64,000 bases of DNA from Syntrophales bacterium (GTDB lineage: Bacteria > Desulfobacterota > Syntrophia > Syntrophales > PHBD01): contig OY764159.1 of assembly GCA_963668175.1 (NCBI GenBank), forward strand, positions 3,104,001 to 3,168,000, read 5' to 3'. A model generated the notes under the pieces. It did not search any database and was not told the origin of the DNA. It saw only the letters and a program-made list of their open reading frames with translations. The position numbers and the translations under genes are program-made. Shown here in pieces: positions 27,857 to 37,147 of this stretch. Each line of letters starts with the position of its first letter. Position 1 is the first letter of the stretch.

Positions 27857-28921
27857 TTACGTCCCCGCAATCTCTCTGATGACTTCCACGAAACAGTCCA
27901 TCTCCGCATCGGTGCCGATGGAGACGCGGATGTAGTTCTCGGTTTTCGGATTCGTGAAGTGGCGGACGAGGATGCCCTTTTCCCTGAGCCCGAGAAACAG
28001 ATCGTTGCCGGGAATGCGGGCAGCGGCGACAAAGACGAAATTGGCCCGGGAGGGAATCACCGTGAAGCCCATCGCGGCAAGCTCCGCCGACACGCGTTCG
28101 CGGGTCATCACGATCTTTTCCGTCGTCTCGCGGAAACAGGCGTCGTCCCGTATCGCCTCGACGGCCCCGGCCTGGGCCAGGCGGTCGACGGTGTATGAGT
28201 TGATCGAATCCCGGACCCGTGCGAGCCCCTCGATCAGTTCCGAGCCGCCCAGGGCGTACCCCAGCCGCAGGCCCGCGAGGGACCGCGACTTGGACATCGT
28301 CTTGACTACGAGGAGATTCGGGTGGGAGGCGATCAGCCGCACGGAGGATTCGCCGCCGAAGTCCACATACGCTTCGTCGACGACGACCACGCGGTTTTCG
28401 TTCTCTTTGAGGATCGCTTCTATCTCTTCCCGCGGTATCCCCCTGCCGCTCGGGGCGTTCGGATTGGCGATCAGGATGCCGCCGTTGTCCTGTTTGTAGT
28501 CTTTCGCATCAATATTAAAAGTCTCATCTACGGGAACCGGACGGTACGGTATACCGAAGAAATCGGCATAGACGGGGTAGAAGCTGTAGGTGACTTCGGC
28601 GAAGAGGATCGGCTTGCCCGCCGGCTCGAAGAAGGCGGGAAAGGCAAAGGCCAAAATCTCGTCGGAGCCGTTGCCGACGAAGACCTGCTCCTTCGCAAGG
28701 CCGTAATAATCGGCGATCGTCTCCCTTAACTCGGAGGCCTGCGGGTCCGGGTAGAGGCGCAGGCTTTCGCCTGCCGCGTTCCTGATCGCGGCGACCACGC
28801 GGGGCGACGGCGGATAGGGATTCTCGTTCGTGTTCAGCTTGATGTACTGCCGGTCCCGGGGCTGTTCGCCGGGAACGTAAGGCTTGATGTTCCTGACCTT
28901 GCTGCTCCAGTATCTGCTCAT
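27857..28921 (-). CDS. hisC: Histidinol-phosphate aminotransferase
   Basis: PYVPGEQP, KLNTNENPY, GNGSDE, NPNAPSG, DEAY, TMSKSRSLAGLRLG (PLP lysine). Confidence 0.92.
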   Translation of the reverse strand: MSRYWSSKVRNIKPYVPGEQPRDRQYIKLNTNENPYPPSPRVVAAIRNAAGESLRLYPDPQASELRETIADYYGLAKEQVFVGNGSDEILAFAFPAFFEPAGKPILFAEVTYSFYPVYADFFGIPYRPVPVDETFNIDAKDYKQDNGGILIANPNAPSGRGIPREEIEAILKENENRVVVVDEAYVDFGGESSVRLIASHPNLLVVKTMSKSRSLAGLRLGYALGGSELIEGLARVRDSINSYTVDRLAQAGAVEAIRDDACFRETTEKIVMTRERVSAELAAMGFTVIPSRANFVFVAAARIPGNDLFLGLREKGILVRHFTNPKTENYIRVSIGTDAEMDCFVEVIREIAGT

Positions 28922-29230
28922 GGCATGCCCTTTTTCGATCGATTCGTCACGCAACATACAGGATATCATCCGGAGTTTCCAGCACAATTGCTCGAAAAAG
29001 ACAAATTGGCTGGATATCGGGCACGCCCGAAAGCCTTCGATAGAAAGCATTTGCCGAGCAAGGGGCGGAAACATCCCCATCCTTTTCTTGACAACACTGT
29101 ATACATGATTACTCTAATGGCAATATCCGGCGTGTGAAATCCATGCGCGACCCTCTCTCCCGCTGTAGATGTATAAGCCGGAAAGAATAAGATCTCGACT
29201 TTGGCCATATAACGAATTTCAGGAGATGCA

Positions 29231-29674
29231 ATGGAGGAACGTATACTCGAAGAGATGAAGGCCCTTCTCAGGGGGAAGGATTTTTGCGTCCTCGCGACCG
29301 TTTCGGAGGACGGCCCCCATTGCTCGCTCATGTCCTACGCAACCGACGACGATGCCAGAGAATTGTACATGATTACTCACCGACAAACGAAGAAATACAG
29401 GAACCTCACGAAAAACGGAAGAGTGAGCCTCCTGATCGATTCAAGAGGCGAGGATGAGGGTGCGATCAAAGCGATGACCATAAGCGGCGACTACAGGAAG
29501 TTTGAAAGCGAAAGCCTCAGGAAACGTGCCGTGGAAAGGCTCCTGACCAGGCATCCCGGACTCAAACCGTTCACCGGTGACGCCGATGCCGAGGTCTTCG
29601 CAGTGAGGGTCCGTTCGTTTCAACTGCTGGAAGGCATATCTGACGCCCATTATGCCGTCGTCGATCCGGATTAA
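29231..29674 (+). CDS. Pyridoxamine 5'-phosphate oxidase family FMN-binding protein
   Basis: CVLATV...PHCSLM, TKKYRNL...VSLLIDSR; RBS AGGAG. Confidence 0.85.
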   Translation: MEERILEEMKALLRGKDFCVLATVSEDGPHCSLMSYATDDDARELYMITHRQTKKYRNLTKNGRVSLLIDSRGEDEGAIKAMTISGDYRKFESESLRKRAVERLLTRHPGLKPFTGDADAEVFAVRVRSFQLLEGISDAHYAVVDPD

Positions 29675-29779
29675 GTTTCACCTGTGACGGGACAGGGCCG
29701 CGCAAAAGACTAGTTTTCCCTGTTATCCGATAGTATAATACCGTCGACTTCAGATTCTCCTGAGCAAAAGGTTAAAACA

Positions 29780-30391
29780 ATGTCTACACAACTCACCGTC
29801 TTCACGGACTACATCTGACCCTGGTGCTATTTCATTACCGGGCGTATTGAAAAATTGCGTGAACATTTCGAAATCGATATCCGCTGGACGGCCTTTCCCC
29901 TCAACTCCGATATCCCCGATGAAGGCCTCCCCCTGGCGGAACTCTATGCGAGAAAAGGCATCGATATCGTCGAGGCGACAGCCCGCCAGCGGCGAGCGGC
30001 GGCCGAACTGGGCCTGCCTTTCGGGGAACGGAAATACTCCTACAACAGCAGGAAAGCCGCCGAGCTCGGCAAATGGGCGGAAGAGAAGGGACAGGGGGAT
30101 GTTTTCGTCAACGCCCTCTTCCGCGCCTATTTCGCCGACGACAGGAACATCGGCCTCGTTGAAGTCCTTGCCGACATTGCGAACGCTCTGGGACTTCCCG
30201 CCGCGGAGGCGGAAACAGTCCTGAACAAAGGAACATACAAGAAAGCCGTCGACGACGACTGGGCGCTCTCGCGGAGGCTCGGTGTCACGGCCGTCCCGAC
30301 CTTCGTTTTCGGCGGGCGGGCCGTCGTCGGGGCACAGCCCTACGAGACGCTGGAAAAATTTCTCCTCGCCGGCGGGGTCAAGAAAAGATAA
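29780..30391 (+). CDS. DsbA/FrnE-like thioredoxin-fold selenoprotein (UxxC, in-frame TGA at 29816-29818)
   Basis: Reading from ATG 29780: MSTQLTVFTDYI-U-PWCYF, in frame with ORF 29855..30391 (ALFRAYF, GVTAVPTF cis-Pro loop, GAQPYE). Confidence 0.9.
29830..29852 (+). promoter_or_regulatory. Candidate bacterial SECIS hairpin
   Basis: tttcattac-CGGGC-gtattgaaa stem-loop (one mismatch); G-containing loop begins 21 nt after the UGA. Confidence 0.65.
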
Positions 30392-30724
30392 GGGATGTCT
30401 TGCGATATATTTGCCCATTCAGGGTCGAAATCATGAGGCACGCCGGGACAGCTTTTAAACATAGATAGTCGTCACGACTTGTTCAACGGCTTTCCGCATT
30501 GCTTCACCCTTATTCCAATGCCATGCAGGCCGGAGGCCTCCGCACGCCCCGCCCTGCCTGCCATCCTGTCGGTGGTCGCGGGCAGATCGTGTCCATCCCG
30601 AACGGACATGTCCGTCATCGCCAGACACTTTTCCGACCCGCCGCCAACCTCATGGGAATATCCTGCCGTCTGCAAACATTTCACTTCCCACGCATATTAT
30701 CCGGGATGACCCTTCTCCGATCCA

Positions 30725-30740
30725 TGGCACAAAACTTGAT
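30725..30740 (+). promoter_or_regulatory. Possible sigma54 (-24/-12) promoter
   Basis: TGGCAC-aaaac-TTGAT; one mismatch to TGGCAC-N5-TTGC at the -12 C. Confidence 0.45.
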
Positions 30741-30922
30741 TTGTTCCTTTTGGTATGGCACCCGGGAGTCGAGGGATACGTCCGGCGGCACCGGCCAGAT
30801 CCGCTGAATACTAGTCATTTCTTGAGGTTACAGGAAAAAGCTCCTCGCAACATGCCGTCATTCTTCAGGATCCGTCGTTCAGAGGGAGGATAACCGACAA
30901 GGATTTCGGGAGGAGAACGAAG

Positions 30923-31291
30923 ATGTCGTCAACATCGAGGATGGCGAAGCGTATGTTCGCTTCGCTTATTTCCGTCCTGCTCTCTATTTTGCCGGGCTGT
31001 TCGTCCGGCTCCAGGACCATCGTTCTGACACCGCCCGCCAAGTACGTTATGCTGGGAGCGGCGAAAGGCAAAGGCAGCGGCGCCATAGGCATCCTCAACC
31101 CGGTCTATCATTTCATTCCCGTCGGCATCAATTCCCGGGTTGAAACCGCGTATGAAAACGCCTTAAAAAGCGTACCCGGGGCCACGTCCCTTATTGACGT
31201 CACCTACCAGGAAAACTGGTTCTGGATTGTCGTTGGAACGACACGCACGGTCACCATCACCGGGCAGGCGATCAAGGAGATCAAGGAGTGA
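30923..31291 (+). CDS. Small hypothetical lipoprotein (paralog 1)
   Basis: LPG-C lipobox; FIPVGINSRVETAY...WFWIVVGT; RBS GGAGGAG. Confidence 0.8.
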   Translation: MSSTSRMAKRMFASLISVLLSILPGCSSGSRTIVLTPPAKYVMLGAAKGKGSGAIGILNPVYHFIPVGINSRVETAYENALKSVPGATSLIDVTYQENWFWIVVGTTRTVTITGQAIKEIKE

Positions 31292-31644
31292 CGCCGTCGA
31301 AGCATCTTTCCCTATTGCCGGTGATGGCCGCCCTGCTTCTTGTCCTGGCCTGCACCGGAACGCCGATCCGGTTCGGCGGCCGTCTGCCCAATTTCGACCC
31401 CGATCGCGTCGATTTCAGCCGCGGCCGGGAGATTTCGGCCTCCGCCAGCGGCTTCCAACTCCTCTGCATCATCCCCATCGCCGTCAACAGCCGCCATGAA
31501 ACGGCCTACCGCGAACTGCTGAAAAAGGCCGGCGGCGATTACCTCACGAACATCCGCATCGAGGAAGCCTGGACCTACGGCCTCGTCGGCACGATTTTCA
31601 CGACGACTATCACGTCGACGGCCTTCCCGCACAGAACAGATTGA
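31288..31644 (+). CDS. Small hypothetical lipoprotein (paralog 2)
   Basis: VLA-C lipobox; IIPIAVNSRHETAY...WTYGLVGT; GTGA overlap with paralog 1. Confidence 0.8.
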   Translation: MTPSKHLSLLPVMAALLLVLACTGTPIRFGGRLPNFDPDRVDFSRGREISASASGFQLLCIIPIAVNSRHETAYRELLKKAGGDYLTNIRIEEAWTYGLVGTIFTTTITSTAFPHRTD

Positions 31645-31904
31645 CCGTGTTTCTCTTTCCGCATACGACAAGCCCCCTGCGCACGGCCGGGACGATTTGG
31701 GTACGCTGAACGGCGGCCGGGCGTTCAAACACACCTTTCCAACCCCTTTCCCTTGACGGCGGGACTGTTATTCATATATACATTTTAGCGATTTGGGTAA
31801 TGCCGATTACGGAGGACATTGCAGCGAAAGGAAGACTGCGGATGTCGTCTCCGCCCTTGACAGTTCCCGGTCCGATAAGTCCCTGAAACAATCATAGGAA
31901 CACA

Positions 31905-33293
31905 TTGAAAGATTTCACGGAAGGCCGCATCTCGCGGCACCTTATAAGCTTCACGGCGCCCCTGATGCTCGGCAATGTGCTGCTGTCCGTCTACGGCATC
32001 ATCAACCTGATCTGGGTCGGCCGGCTCCTGGGACACACGGCCGTGGCGGCCGTTTCCGCCTCCCTGCCGATCATCACGCTGATGCCCGCTTTTCTCATCG
32101 GCCTCGGCATGGCGACGAACGTCCTCATCGCCCAGGCCTTCGGCCGCAAGGACACGGCCCTCCTCCGAAAAATCCTCGCGAATTCCTTCTTCACATCCAT
32201 GGCGTTCTGCCTGGTAATCTCCGCCGTCGCCCTCGTGCTGCGCCGCCGGCTGCTCGTCTGGGTCCATGCACCCCTGGAGATCATGGACATGGCCGAATCC
32301 TACCTGACCATCATCATGGCGACGATGCTCTTCCAGTTCTTCGTCAACTGGATGACCGGCATGCTCCGTGGCCTCGGGGACGCCAAAACGGTGGTGAAGA
32401 TCCTTCTTCTACTCACGATCCTCAACATATCGCTGGTTCCGCTGTGCATCCGCGGCTTCGGCCCCGTTCCCCCCCTGGGCGTCGCCGGCGCGGCCTGGGG
32501 GTCGGCCCTGGCGGCCATGGGGACCTGCTTTATCGGCTACGCTTACCTTATGCGGCGCAATCCTTATGTCGATATGCACACCTGGGATTACAGCCTCGAC
32601 TGGCGCATCATCCGCGAGGTGTTCGTCATCGGCATACCCGCTTCAATGCAGATGATGCTGGTCTCCCTGGCGGGGGTGGTCATCCTCTCCCTGGTGAACC
32701 GGTACGGCACGGACGTAACCGCCGCCTTCGGCATCGGCCTCCAGATCGACATGCTCGCGACCATTCCCTTCATGTCTATCGGCATGGCGGCGACCTCCAT
32801 CGCCGGCCAGAACCTGGGCGCGCAGAAGATCGACCGCGTTTTTCAGACCCTGCGCACATCGGTCTCCATCGGGTTGATCATCGCCCTGACGATTACCGTC
32901 GTGCTGAAGCTATTCCCCGAGTACATCGGCGCCATCTTCCTCGAAGCCTCGGCCGAACACACCAACGTGCTGCACCTCGTCGCCGGGTACTACTATTGGA
33001 TGGCCTTCGTCTTCCCTCCGTTCGCGATCATTTTCGCCATCCAGGGCGTGCTGCGCAGTTCGGGCGACACCGTGGCCCTGCTGGGCCTTTCGTTCATCGC
33101 CCTCTTCATCCTCCGCATCCCGCTGGCCTATGCGCTGGCCGGCCCGGGCGGCTTCCGGCAGGACGGCATCTGGATGGCGATGCCCCTGAGCAGCGGCATC
33201 GCCGTCGTCTTTAATTGGCTTTACTATCGCTACGGTCCCTGGAAGCAGAAGCGCATCCTGGCGGATCCCAGACCGGTGGCGCCGGAAAACTGA
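31905..33293 (+). CDS. MATE family efflux transporter
   Basis: DFTEG.I...L..F..P, LRGLGDAKT, LGVAGAAW, GQNLGA; about 12 TMs; TTG start. Confidence 0.93.
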   Translation: MKDFTEGRISRHLISFTAPLMLGNVLLSVYGIINLIWVGRLLGHTAVAAVSASLPIITLMPAFLIGLGMATNVLIAQAFGRKDTALLRKILANSFFTSMAFCLVISAVALVLRRRLLVWVHAPLEIMDMAESYLTIIMATMLFQFFVNWMTGMLRGLGDAKTVVKILLLLTILNISLVPLCIRGFGPVPPLGVAGAAWGSALAAMGTCFIGYAYLMRRNPYVDMHTWDYSLDWRIIREVFVIGIPASMQMMLVSLAGVVILSLVNRYGTDVTAAFGIGLQIDMLATIPFMSIGMAATSIAGQNLGAQKIDRVFQTLRTSVSIGLIIALTITVVLKLFPEYIGAIFLEASAEHTNVLHLVAGYYYWMAFVFPPFAIIFAIQGVLRSSGDTVALLGLSFIALFILRIPLAYALAGPGGFRQDGIWMAMPLSSGIAVVFNWLYYRYGPWKQKRILADPRPVAPEN

Positions 33294-33395
33294 AAAGCCG
33301 CACCTTCATGCGGCCGGCGGACAGACTTCTGCGACCAGACACGCCTTCTCTTCGCCGATTCCGGTGCGTCTCCGTGTCAAAGCAAATTATTAAAA

Positions 33396-33872
33396 CTATC
33401 GGTAGGTTTTTTTAAGGGCGATCCGGATGGCCCAGCCGTTGTCCAGCCTGTACGTCTTGAGGACCGGCCCGGCGGCCGGGTTGTAGGCGGTAAGCGATGT
33501 CCCGCCCGTCGCGGTGTCGAGCTCGACGAGGAAATCGGCGGAGGGGCCGCCGCTGTAACGGACGGTCTCGCGGATCACCGGCGGCAGGCCAGCACGCGGT
33601 TCCCAGTTGACCTGGATGAACCCTTCCTCGCGGTCGCCCGTGAGCCCGTCGAAGACGGGGCGGTGGATGCGGGCCGTGTATGCGCCGTGATCGACGGTTT
33701 CCCTCACCTCGCCCCCGGTGTAGCGCGCGGAAACGCTGATCCCCGTCGCGGAGACGAGTTTGGCCGCGAAGTAGCGCTGCCCCATGAACGTCCCCACGGC
33801 CACGATGAGCGCCAGCACGGCGGCGGTATACCCGAGGACGGCCTTGATTCTGTTCGCGCCTTTCGTCGTCAT
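33396..33872 (-). CDS. Hypothetical protein with N-terminal membrane anchor
   Basis: One TM, then a soluble domain; ATGA overlap with the upstream ferredoxin gene. Confidence 0.75.
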   Translation of the reverse strand: MTTKGANRIKAVLGYTAAVLALIVAVGTFMGQRYFAAKLVSATGISVSARYTGGEVRETVDHGAYTARIHRPVFDGLTGDREEGFIQVNWEPRAGLPPVIRETVRYSGGPSADFLVELDTATGGTSLTAYNPAAGPVLKTYRLDNGWAIRIALKKTYR

Positions 33873-35044
33873 GCCGTAAACCACCCTCCCGTCGTCACAA
33901 GCCGCATGATCCTGACCAGCGTATCCTGAATGCTTCCCCCCGCCATGGTCGCGAGGAAGAGAAACGCCGGATAGATGAAGAGCAGGCGCGAGGCCATATT
34001 ACCCCTGGGCGGCGTGCCTTTCACATGATAGGCGATGGCCTGCTTCGGACATTCGTCGATGCACTTGCCGCACTTGACGCAGGTCATGCGCGTCTTTCCT
34101 TCCTTGATGGTCTCCTTGTCGATGGAGAAGGTCGGGCAGACTTTTTCGCACCGCCCGCACTTCACGCAGGCCTCCCTGTCGATACGCACGTCAAAGGGGG
34201 TGACCTTGTTCGTGAAGGACTGGAAAGCGCCGAAGGGGCAGAAGAGGCCGCACTGGATGCGCCGCCGCGTCAGTATGGGCAGTACGATCACGAGGCCGAC
34301 GAAGAGCGAGACGAAGATGACCGTCTGGATCAGGATCATGACAGATGTAATCTGGGCGAATTCCGTCACCGTCTTGAAGGGGCAGAGCCATTGGCAGTAC
34401 ACCGGGGCGAGATAGGCGGCCGAGGCCAGCATGACCGCGAAGAGAAGCGCGAAAGGGAAGTAGCGCCACTTCGGATTGATCGTCTTGATCGCGGGTTTTT
34501 TGAGGACGCGCGAGAAGGCCTCGTCCCAGCCGCCGAAGAAGCAGACCCAGCCGCAGAATCCCCGGCCGATGGCGAAGGACGATCCGATCCACAGCACCAG
34601 CATCGAGGCGATGGCGGCGTACGCGCCCAGCATCGTTCCCGGAAAGATGACGGTGCGGCTGAAGGCCAGGGGGATGGCGGTCATGGGGATGACGATATGG
34701 CAGAACGGCGTCTTGCATTCGAGGATGTTCGCCTCCGACAGGCCCATGCTGCCGCGCACTTCGATATAGTGGGATACGAACGACGCGGAGAGGCAGACGG
34801 CGAAGATCGAGAAAAGGACCGCCCGGTAGCGGTCGGTCTTCCCCGTGCGCATCATGAGGAAGAAGAGGCCGTTGAAAAAAACAAAGGTGATAATCAGGGC
34901 CGCCAGCCTCTTCGGGTCGGCGGGGATTTTCCCGCCCGAGAGCATCGTGAAGGTCAGGAGCATCATCGGCGCCGTTGCGGCCAGGGCCCAGGCGAGGCCC
35001 GTCTGTCCCGCGCGGGGAGCGGTTATCGCGGCTGTTTCGGTCAT
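33869..35044 (-). CDS. Membrane-bound 4Fe-4S protein (NapH/MauN-like)
   Basis: Multiple TMs, CGWVCFFG, CQWLCP, CGLFCPFG, and two CxxCxxCxxxCP motifs; ATGA overlap with the upstream gene. Confidence 0.88.
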   Translation of the reverse strand: MTETAAITAPRAGQTGLAWALAATAPMMLLTFTMLSGGKIPADPKRLAALIITFVFFNGLFFLMMRTGKTDRYRAVLFSIFAVCLSASFVSHYIEVRGSMGLSEANILECKTPFCHIVIPMTAIPLAFSRTVIFPGTMLGAYAAIASMLVLWIGSSFAIGRGFCGWVCFFGGWDEAFSRVLKKPAIKTINPKWRYFPFALLFAVMLASAAYLAPVYCQWLCPFKTVTEFAQITSVMILIQTVIFVSLFVGLVIVLPILTRRRIQCGLFCPFGAFQSFTNKVTPFDVRIDREACVKCGRCEKVCPTFSIDKETIKEGKTRMTCVKCGKCIDECPKQAIAYHVKGTPPRGNMASRLLFIYPAFLFLATMAGGSIQDTLVRIMRLVTTGGWFTA

Positions 35045-35679
35045 GCGCGGACTATAACACCAATCGCGAGCATCAGGCCAGTGTAAAAATAGTAGACGCC
35101 CATGATGCCCGCCGCCATCTTCCCGACGGTCGCCAGGACCTTGGCGCGCCGCGCAGCCCCGACGAGGGGAAAAGGGACGAAGAAGACGGACGTCCCGAGG
35201 AAGAAGAGAAAGAAGAATGTCAGGGTTTTGAGAAGGTTCGCCTCGGCGGCGGCGTTGCCGAAGGCAAGAAGAAAGGGCGGGCAGAAGTTGAGGCCGGTGA
35301 AGAGGCCGAGGGCCGCGGGCATCAGGGCGGGCCACCGCTCGCCGAATTTTCCCAGGCGGCTTTCCGCCTTTTCAGCGGCGCATCCCCCGCCGACGCGGAA
35401 GAAGCAGTAGAGGACGAGGAGCGCGGCCAGGACCATGTCCGCGCCGCCGATGACGGCCTCCCGCCAGAGGAGGGATTCGGGAAGCACGATCCGGCCGACG
35501 GACCAGGCCAGGACGCCGAAGAGGAGATACCCCAGGAGCCGCCCGGCAAGGAACCGGGTGACGAGGGAGGCGTTGCTCCGTATCCCCGCGCCCTCGCCCA
35601 GAAGATACGGGAGGAGCACCGGGGCGCAGTAGGCGATGCAGACGGCGCCGTTGCTGATGCCGAGGAGAAAGGCCTGCAC
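35041..35679 (-). CDS. DsbD_2/TauE-like membrane protein
   Basis: CIAYCAP, GRLLGY, GLNFCPPF, FFLGTS; six TMs. Confidence 0.8.
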   Translation of the reverse strand: MQAFLLGISNGAVCIAYCAPVLLPYLLGEGAGIRSNASLVTRFLAGRLLGYLLFGVLAWSVGRIVLPESLLWREAVIGGADMVLAALLVLYCFFRVGGGCAAEKAESRLGKFGERWPALMPAALGLFTGLNFCPPFLLAFGNAAAEANLLKTLTFFFLFFLGTSVFFVPFPLVGAARRAKVLATVGKMAAGIMGVYYFYTGLMLAIGVIVRA

Positions 35680-35947
35680 GGTCTTCTTTCCTTTCGTTCA
35701 GGGAGATGCGCCGCAATCATAGCCCCGTTCGCCGGAAAAGTCATGTTGAAAGAGATTGCCGCGCCCTGCAGCCGTTACAGGCTCAAATTCGACTGATATA
35801 GAAATTCCCCGAAATTCGGATTGGACGGCCGGACGGAATCCTGTATAATATGAAGATGATCGGGCCGGAGATCGGAACGCCGCCGCACGCGCGGGCGTTC
35901 CGTCCCGGATCGAAGCCTTCGCCAATCTCTCTATCGGGGGAAACGAT

Positions 35948-36736
35948 ATGCGCCTTAACGTTACGATAGCGGCGGTTCTCTTGCTGCTCGCCGGCTGCGC
36001 GCCGGCCCCCTACGTCTTTCCGGATCGGGCCCTCGTCGACAGGGACGTCGTCGCGGATGCCGTCGCCACCCAGAAGCAGATAGACGCCCAGGGCGAAAAG
36101 GACCCGCCGCAGGGCGCGTCCTGGTTTGCGGTGATCGAGGGGCCCTCCCCCGTTATCGTCACGGCCCCCCATGCGGCGATGACGTTCCGCGAGAGGACGG
36201 CCCGTTTCTCCGACGGCGGCGGCACGGCGGCGCTGGCGAAGGCCCTGAACAGGGTCGCCGGGGCGACCGTCCTTTACACCACCTATGCCGGCCCGTCCGA
36301 CCCGGACTATTACGACGACAACGAATTCAAGCGCACCCTGGACAAGCTCATCGACGAACGCAAGCCAGTGCTGGTGCTCGATATCCACGGGAGCCACGCC
36401 TACTGCCCCTACGACGTGGACATGGGCACGATGTTCGGCAAGTCCCTCATGGGGAACGAAGCCGCCGCCGCGCGGCTGGCGGAAACGCTGAAGAAAGAGG
36501 GCATCCTGAACATCTCTTATAACTTCTCAAGCGCGGGCGACCGCGACACGATCGCCAAATTCGCCTCGCAGCGGAACGTCCCCGCCATCCAGTTAGAAAT
36601 CAACCGCACGTGGCTGACGCCCGCGCAGAGCGACCTTGCCGCCCACCGCTTCGCCCAGCTTCTCCAGGCTCTGGCGCGCTACATCGAGGCCGAAAAGTCC
36701 GAAGCCCCCGCCATGCTGCTTGAAGAAGCACGCTGA
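35948..36736 (+). CDS. Lipoprotein, N-formylglutamate amidohydrolase-like Zn hydrolase
   Basis: LAG-C lipobox; TAPH, LDIHG, DVDMGT, IQLEIN. Confidence 0.78.
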   Translation: MRLNVTIAAVLLLLAGCAPAPYVFPDRALVDRDVVADAVATQKQIDAQGEKDPPQGASWFAVIEGPSPVIVTAPHAAMTFRERTARFSDGGGTAALAKALNRVAGATVLYTTYAGPSDPDYYDDNEFKRTLDKLIDERKPVLVLDIHGSHAYCPYDVDMGTMFGKSLMGNEAAAARLAETLKKEGILNISYNFSSAGDRDTIAKFASQRNVPAIQLEINRTWLTPAQSDLAAHRFAQLLQALARYIEAEKSEAPAMLLEEAR

Positions 36737-36976
36737 TACTTACGGCCCTGCCCTGTTCTGCTTCGCCCCGCCCTGCTTCACCGCCCGGCCGGATGCAGCG
36801 GACAGATCGCACCCCCGCCCCCACCACGCAGCAACGCCACGATCTCCCCCGTGCTCAGGCTATATTCTTAATATATTGTGGATATAAAATCCGAATCGTG
36901 CTAGGAAGCTGCTATACGAAAAATACGTAAACCCGTTCCATCCCGCAACCCCAAGCCGGAGGGAAATATGGACCAA

Positions 36977-37021
36977 CTGAAAACCCCGATTCTGTGAAGA
37001 AGGCGGGGTTTTCAGCGTTTA
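36977..37021 (+). terminator. Perfect 12-bp inverted repeat at the left edge of the AT-rich island
   Basis: ctgaaaaccccg(36977-36988)/cggggttttcag(37004-37015). Confidence 0.55.
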
Positions 37022-37147
37022 TCAAATTAATAAGATTTAACAAATCGAATATATATCCACCAATTTACCTATAAATGCTGTGGAATATTAATGTAGTAAC
37101 TTACTTAAATCTTTGTTATTAGAAATGATTTAGCGGAATATTTTTCA

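Noticed and set aside
27857..28921. CobD threonine-phosphate decarboxylase, given the B12 genes in the window
   Set aside because: PYVPGEQP and KLNTNENPY are HisC-type, and the gene is 20 kb from the B12 locus. The 53-codon upstream extension to 29080 was also rejected.
29816..29818. DsbA-like gene as a nonsense pseudogene
   Set aside because: The TGA falls exactly on the catalytic Cys position, is followed by a SECIS-like hairpin, and the rest of the frame is intact.
30420..30900. Short ORFs or a structured RNA in the dsbA-lipoprotein intergenic region
   Set aside because: No clear RBS-linked ORF with recognisable motifs and no recognisable RNA family signature.
36744..36840. Low-complexity gccct/gcccc pentamer-like run
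   Set aside because: Irregular and short, with no consistent unit or evident function.
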